The position numbers and the translations under genes are program-made. A stretch of 64,000 bases of DNA, from NCBI GenBank assembly GCA_000165345.1, contig CM000433.1:512001-576000 (forward strand), written 5' to 3'. The notes under the pieces were generated by a model. It was not told the origin of the DNA and did not search any database. It saw only the letters and a list, made by a program, of their open reading frames with translations. Shown here piece after piece: positions 59,677 through 64,000 of this stretch. Within the stretch, counting starts at the first letter, position 1, and each line of letters starts with the position of its first letter.

Positions 59677-61656
59677 TTATAGGTGAATTTTTTTCTTGTG
59701 TTTAGGGCAATTTGAAAATTCTAAAGAATCTGAAATTTGAGTTGTTTTTTGTCTTTTATTTGGTTTCTTGTTATTATTTGCATTTTCTATAAACGAATTA
59801 TTTTGTACATTAACATTAATATTTGTGTATTTGGCAACTAATTCAACTCCTGTTGTGCTATTGTTTGATTCTTTGAGATTAGAAATACAATCTTGAATTA
59901 CATCCTTAATTAGTTCTTTAACTCTTACTCTCCACATTGTACATGACTTGAAATCCTTTTGTTGGAAATTTTGTCCAATCATCTCAACTAAAATAAAAAC
60001 AGCTCTGGAAGATAGCATTTCCAAAAGTGACTTTTCAAATATAACTATAATAGTATTTCTAAAAGGGTCAAATTCAGATGAAATATTTGGTGGTAGCTCA
60101 TTAATTAATTTTAGAATAGAAACAAAAGCTCTGTGACCAGTATTATCTTTTAGAAGGTGGTAATTGTTAGTAATCAGTTTAGAAAGTAAATCATTTATAA
60201 GTTCAAGTACTTTATTATGATATTTCTGTCCAGATATTTCATTATTTTCTAAATAATATTGTATCAGGGCTAAAATAAGCTCTTTACCACTAACATTTAG
60301 AATAAGATTCTCCAGGATAGATTCTTGATCTTTTGAATTAAATAAAAGATTTTCTAAAGCAGGCAAACATATTTTATTCATTTCTTGAATTCTCACTTGC
60401 GTTGATTTTAAAGATGTAAAGGATTCCAAGCTTAAAGCCCAGTATTCATATTGAGTAAAGTTTCTAAGGCTTACTTGAGGAACTAATAAGTATGTGATTA
60501 ACTTAACAGAGAAAGAATTCATTAAAATCTGTCTGTTTAATTCTCCTTCAGAAATAAATGAATTCCAAATAATTTCATTTAGTATTTTTGTATCATCAGT
60601 TGTAGAAATTAATCTAAGTAATAATATATAATCAACAGGATTCATAGCTAAATCCATTATATCTTTCTTAATATTTTTAAGCAATTTCTTTCTTTGTTGA
60701 GCTTTTGCAAATCCAAGTAATACTACTAAAGAATCAACACCTTCTTTAGTACTTAGAAGACTATAGGATCCTTCAATAATCTGATCTAATAAAGAAGTCA
60801 AACAATTTTTCCCTTCTTGGGATATCTTTTCTAAAGATAAATGTTGGTTACTAATAGGAATCTTTTTTATAGTAACTTCATCATTTTTTTGTTCTTGATC
60901 ATCTAATTGGTAAAATGATATACAACATTTAATATAGTTCCAGATTAAAAGATGTACAAATGGTCTATCCAATAATTCTCCATCAACAAATTTTTGAATA
61001 TTTACAACAGAATTCTCCAAAACACTCATTTTTGCATTTTGATGTTCTAAATTTGAAAAGAAAGTTACAAAAGAACGATTCTTTGATTTAGAATCTCCTC
61101 CATTTGTGGTATAAAACTGAGCCAATTTTGTACTTAAGATTCGGAATAATATTTCATTCTTAATACTTTCCCAGGATTCACTTGGATTTCTTTTTTCACT
61201 GAATACATGCCCAAAGACTTTTGATCCATATTTTGAATAACCAAGTTGGTCAAATTTAGCAAGTAGTTCATCTCTTATGGTTTTTCTGATTTCTGGAGAA
61301 CCATAATTATACATTTTTTCAACCATCTTACTGGAATGGCTATCAATTGAAAGCTCCACTAAATAGTTCTTCATCTTTTCAAAGATGGCTTTTCTATATG
61401 TATTTGAACCCCATTTGAGGATAGATTGAATTCCTCTTGAATACACAGGTTTGCGACAAATCTGCAAAAATTTAGCTTTAATTAAGTTCCATAATTTTTC
61501 AATAACTTCTTGAGTTTCTTTCTCTTTTACTGATTTTTCTGTGTCTTTTCCAACTGTTTGAAGTAGGTTACTATATAATGTTTTAAATTCCTTATCCAAA
61601 GGGTCAGATCCCTTTTTCAAGGTTTTCTTGGTTGTTTTTTCATTCTTGTTTTCCAT
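59677..61656 (-). CDS. Pumilio-family nucleolar protein, PUF-A/PUM3 (Puf6)-like
   Basis: Repeated helical PUM-like units. Blocks align with human PUM3 (e.g. the DYILLLRLISTTDDTKILNEIIWN block matches AFDCIDDTKLVKQIIISEII). ATG at 61654-61656. Confidence 0.5.
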   Translation of the reverse strand: MENKNEKTTKKTLKKGSDPLDKEFKTLYSNLLQTVGKDTEKSVKEKETQEVIEKLWNLIKAKFLQICRKPVYSRGIQSILKWGSNTYRKAIFEKMKNYLVELSIDSHSSKMVEKMYNYGSPEIRKTIRDELLAKFDQLGYSKYGSKVFGHVFSEKRNPSESWESIKNEILFRILSTKLAQFYTTNGGDSKSKNRSFVTFFSNLEHQNAKMSVLENSVVNIQKFVDGELLDRPFVHLLIWNYIKCCISFYQLDDQEQKNDEVTIKKIPISNQHLSLEKISQEGKNCLTSLLDQIIEGSYSLLSTKEGVDSLVVLLGFAKAQQRKKLLKNIKKDIMDLAMNPVDYILLLRLISTTDDTKILNEIIWNSFISEGELNRQILMNSFSVKLITYLLVPQVSLRNFTQYEYWALSLESFTSLKSTQVRIQEMNKICLPALENLLFNSKDQESILENLILNVSGKELILALIQYYLENNEISGQKYHNKVLELINDLLSKLITNNYHLLKDNTGHRAFVSILKLINELPPNISSEFDPFRNTIIVIFEKSLLEMLSSRAVFILVEMIGQNFQQKDFKSCTMWRVRVKELIKDVIQDCISNLKESNNSTTGVELVAKYTNINVNVQNNSFIENANNNKKPNKRQKTTQISDSLEFSNCPKHKKKIHL

Positions 61657-61941
61657 TTATGTATATTATTTCACTTATTCTTTACTTTTTTTTTAAATAA
61701 TTTATTAATTATTCTTTTTTCTGCTATTACAAGCTGGCTTTGTCAAGCTTTGACTAGTTCCTTATTAGAACAACTTTGCCAGTTGTTAATCGTATAAATT
61801 AAAAAGAATGAAGAGTATTGATTATATTGTCACTTTTGTAACCTTCAACCCTAACTTGAAATCAAAATTACTTTGAAGATAAATTTTCCAACTTTCCGAA
61901 AGTTTTTTTTTTTTTGTATTTAAAATTTTACTACATATTTA

Positions 61942-62005
61942 CGCCGGTATAGAAAAATGAATAATCACAAATTTAAAGTGGGTAGTTGGCGCCGAATTTG
62001 GCGCT
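61942..62005. promoter_or_regulatory. CGCCGGTATA + TTGGCGCCG + TTGGCGCT in the divergent PUF / uL30 promoter
   Basis: Motifs seen directly. Confidence 0.4.
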
Positions 62006-62263
62006 CAATCTGTAAGTAAAAAAATGACATTTTGATTAAATAAGCAAGAAAATTGGTTAAAGAACTAAATATTTAGAGAAATTAATTGTTTGGTTTCTGT
62101 TGAAAAGCTTAATTTTATAAATTTACGAACAATTTGAGAAGACTAAGAGGAGAGATTGTTTTATTAAGGAATTGAAATTAAATTCTCTAAAATTAAGCTT
62201 AAAAACTTAGGATTAAAATAAGGTAAATATAATAAAAATAAGTAAATTTAAGTTATAAAAAGG

Positions 62264-63070
62264 ATGGAAGAGAAACATATTTTGAAACCAAGAAATGATG
62301 GTGAGAGTTTGAAAATAGCAGAAGGAATATTACGCCGTAGAAAGATTGTTGACACTGATAGAAGACTTAAATATAGAGAAGAAAGGAGAAAGATTAAAAA
62401 AGAGTTACATAAGCCAGAAATTCAAACATTACAGAGAATTCTTAAAAAATCTAGGAATAATATTCTTGATAAGAGAAGACTTAAGAATAAGGATAAGAAG
62501 CCATATCTAACTCCAAAGAAGACTAATGGTAGGCTTATAGTATTGGTGGTGAGAAATAGTCGATTTTGTGGATCACTAGAATCAAACAGAAAACTTCGTG
62601 ATTTAGGACTGGTGAACAAATTTTCTGCAGTAATTTTGAGTCATACTGATGAGACAATTCGTGTTTTGAGGGAAGTAAAGCCCTATGTTTTTTATGGATT
62701 TCCTAATTTAAATTTATTAAAGACTCTAGTTTTTAAAAAAGGAGCATTTACTCATCAAAATGTCCAATCAAAAGGTCAAAGTAGAGCAAAATTATCCGAA
62801 AAAAAACAAGGAAAAGTTCTTCTTACTGATAATAACATTGTAGAAGATAGACTTGGTGAAATTGGTGTTTTATGTACTGAAGATATTGTTACTGGGCTAT
62901 GGAATGGTTGTGAGACTCAACAGGATAAGGAAATATTTGAAGCTATTACAAGCAATCTTGCTCCTTTTCAGCTTTGTAATTTAAAGAGAGCGGAAGGATT
63001 CGATGCTAAGAAATTTGAGAGTGGATTTCTTGGAAAAAGTATTAATGAAAAAATCAGCAAAATTATTTAG
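62264..63070 (+). CDS. Ribosomal protein uL30 (L7) family. It is divergent and may be the RLP7-type biogenesis paralog rather than cytosolic RPL7.
   Basis: Basic N-terminus, then FYGFPNLNLLKTLVFKKG...APFQLCNLK, which is similar to the RPL7 C-terminal half (WPFKL). Confidence 0.55.
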   Translation: MEEKHILKPRNDGESLKIAEGILRRRKIVDTDRRLKYREERRKIKKELHKPEIQTLQRILKKSRNNILDKRRLKNKDKKPYLTPKKTNGRLIVLVVRNSRFCGSLESNRKLRDLGLVNKFSAVILSHTDETIRVLREVKPYVFYGFPNLNLLKTLVFKKGAFTHQNVQSKGQSRAKLSEKKQGKVLLTDNNIVEDRLGEIGVLCTEDIVTGLWNGCETQQDKEIFEAITSNLAPFQLCNLKRAEGFDAKKFESGFLGKSINEKISKII

Positions 63071-63571
63071 TTACTTAAGTTCATTATACACTTCTATTCA
63101 ACATTGTTGGGGCTAGTTGCTCGATACTGATACTTCGACGGTAAATCTACTAATATCATAACTACTACTATAACTGTAGGTACTTCAAGAAATCAACTTT
63201 TTCTCAAAATATTTGCCTCTCACTATTAAAGAGCTTATATATATACATATATGCATGCATGCATGCATATATCCTACAACTGTGACAATCTTGACCAGAA
63301 CCTATTCTAATACCGAAGATTTTCTAACCTTTCTATATTGGCCACTCTCCCCCCCTCGTGTTGTTACTATCCTACTCTCAGTAGTTTATTTTATAATTTT
63401 CACTTTTAACCCACTCCCCCCTCCCCTTTCCTTTTCTTTCTCTCTTTAGACTCGTCCTCTCTCTTCCTTTTATTACCAGTGCTTCAACTCATGCGCCATA
63501 TGTGCCCCCGCCTATTTGAACGCGGGCAAGTGCCGCATGTGCCCGCCCATTTCTTTAATTGAAATAATAAG

Positions 63572-63830
63572 TATAAATAGGCAAAAAAGAAAACATGACA
63601 AGGCTCCCGTCTCGAGACGTGAAGTGCAGGTCATGAGGAGGGGTATATACGCAACAAAATACATTATAAGGTACATACTGGAGTGTAGCAGATCACAAAT
63701 GGCTGGGGGGACAGCCCGAAGGATTGGCCAGGGAGATCAATAATTAAAGTTTACAACTAATGTTGAATTTTGGACAAAACGAGTGAAGATCATCGTTTAA
63801 ATGCTGTGAAGCACAGTATGTGCTAACGTC
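63572..63830 (+). ncRNA. Candidate Pol II small RNA or 5' end of a gene beyond the window. It has a TATAAATA box, a GC-rich structured segment, an Sm-site-like AAUUUUGGA and a terminal hairpin.
   Basis: TATAAATA at 63572-63579. The GC-rich body sits in otherwise AT-rich DNA. AAUUUUGG at about 63765 is followed by a GCUGUG-AAG-CACAG hairpin. No match to U1, U2, U4 or U5 could be made. Confidence 0.25.
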
Positions 63831-64000
63831 TCTTGAGTCATAGAGAGAATGTAAAGAAGATTAAGGTTACTGATTCGATACTTGATAACGAAGAAGCTAA
63901 CATTGGAATATCTAGATTGAAGCAGGAAAGTAATATTGTGCGTGTAAGGTGAATAGGATCTAGGTAATTAAGAATTTGGACTTTTAATAAGGATAACATA

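Noticed and set aside
63213-63743. ORF-track hits 63213-63449 and 63516-63743 at the 3' edge
   Set aside because: They are short, start at non-ATG codons and lie in a GC-rich structured region with a TATA box. This fits a non-coding RNA or UTR better than a protein.
63600-63830. Assignment of the GC-rich TATA-driven segment to U1, U2, U4 or U5 snRNA
   Set aside because: None of the invariant blocks could be found: the U1 5' end ACUUACCUG, the U2 GCUUCUCGGCC and branch-site-interaction region, the U4 regions complementary to this genome's U6, or U5 loop I. It is kept only as an unclassified candidate.

Overview
This is AT-rich (roughly 30% GC), gene-dense eukaryotic nuclear DNA, not prokaryotic. 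It carries about 25 protein-coding genes on both strands (one gene per 2.5-3 kb) and a few short GTAAGT...AG introns. It also has a 3-unit polyubiquitin gene, a clear U6 snRNA gene, and long CAG/CAA polyglutamine tracts. The CDK has a PSTAIRE plus [11 protein letters not shown] signature like apicomplexan Cdc2-related kinases (PfPK5-like). Together with the compact layout, the rare short introns and the intergenic motif families (GCATGC, TTGGCGCCAA/TTGGCGGGAA), this points most strongly to an apicomplexan, and I think a Cryptosporidium-like genome. That taxon call is inference from sequence only.

Genes I can support, in order:
- tRNA modification: TRM6/GCD10 (5' partial), DUS3 with CCCH fingers, TRM61/GCD14, and a WDR6-like WD40 protein.
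- Basal machinery: prefoldin 5, Mediator MED6 (2 introns proposed), a CPSF6/CFIm68-like RRM protein with an RD/RE tail, polyubiquitin, MLH1, an uL30/RPL7-family protein, a PUF-A/PUM3-like protein.
- Metabolism and trafficking: an ABC1/ADCK kinase fused to a beta-lactamase-like domain (3 exons), ALG5, an M17 leucyl aminopeptidase, a PGAM-family phosphatase, a Yip1-domain protein.
- Regulation and signalling: a Cdc2-like CDK, a USP-family deubiquitinase, a putative ApiAP2 factor.
- Hypotheticals: a large Q/T/S/N-rich protein, two large unknown proteins (one with an F-box-like motif), a multi-pass membrane protein, a secreted Cys-rich protein.

No mobile elements, CRISPR arrays, rRNA or intact tRNA genes were found.

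The most interesting non-coding signal is a recurring intergenic module made of GCATGC, E2F-like GGCGCC/GGCGGG cores, TACCGG and CACGTC. Besides divergent promoter regions, it also occurs in convergent 3'-3' gaps, inside two CDSs and upstream of the U6 gene. I also flag several small candidate spliced ORFs, and two possible ncRNA loci (one upstream of polyubiquitin, one at the 3' edge) as leads to check.
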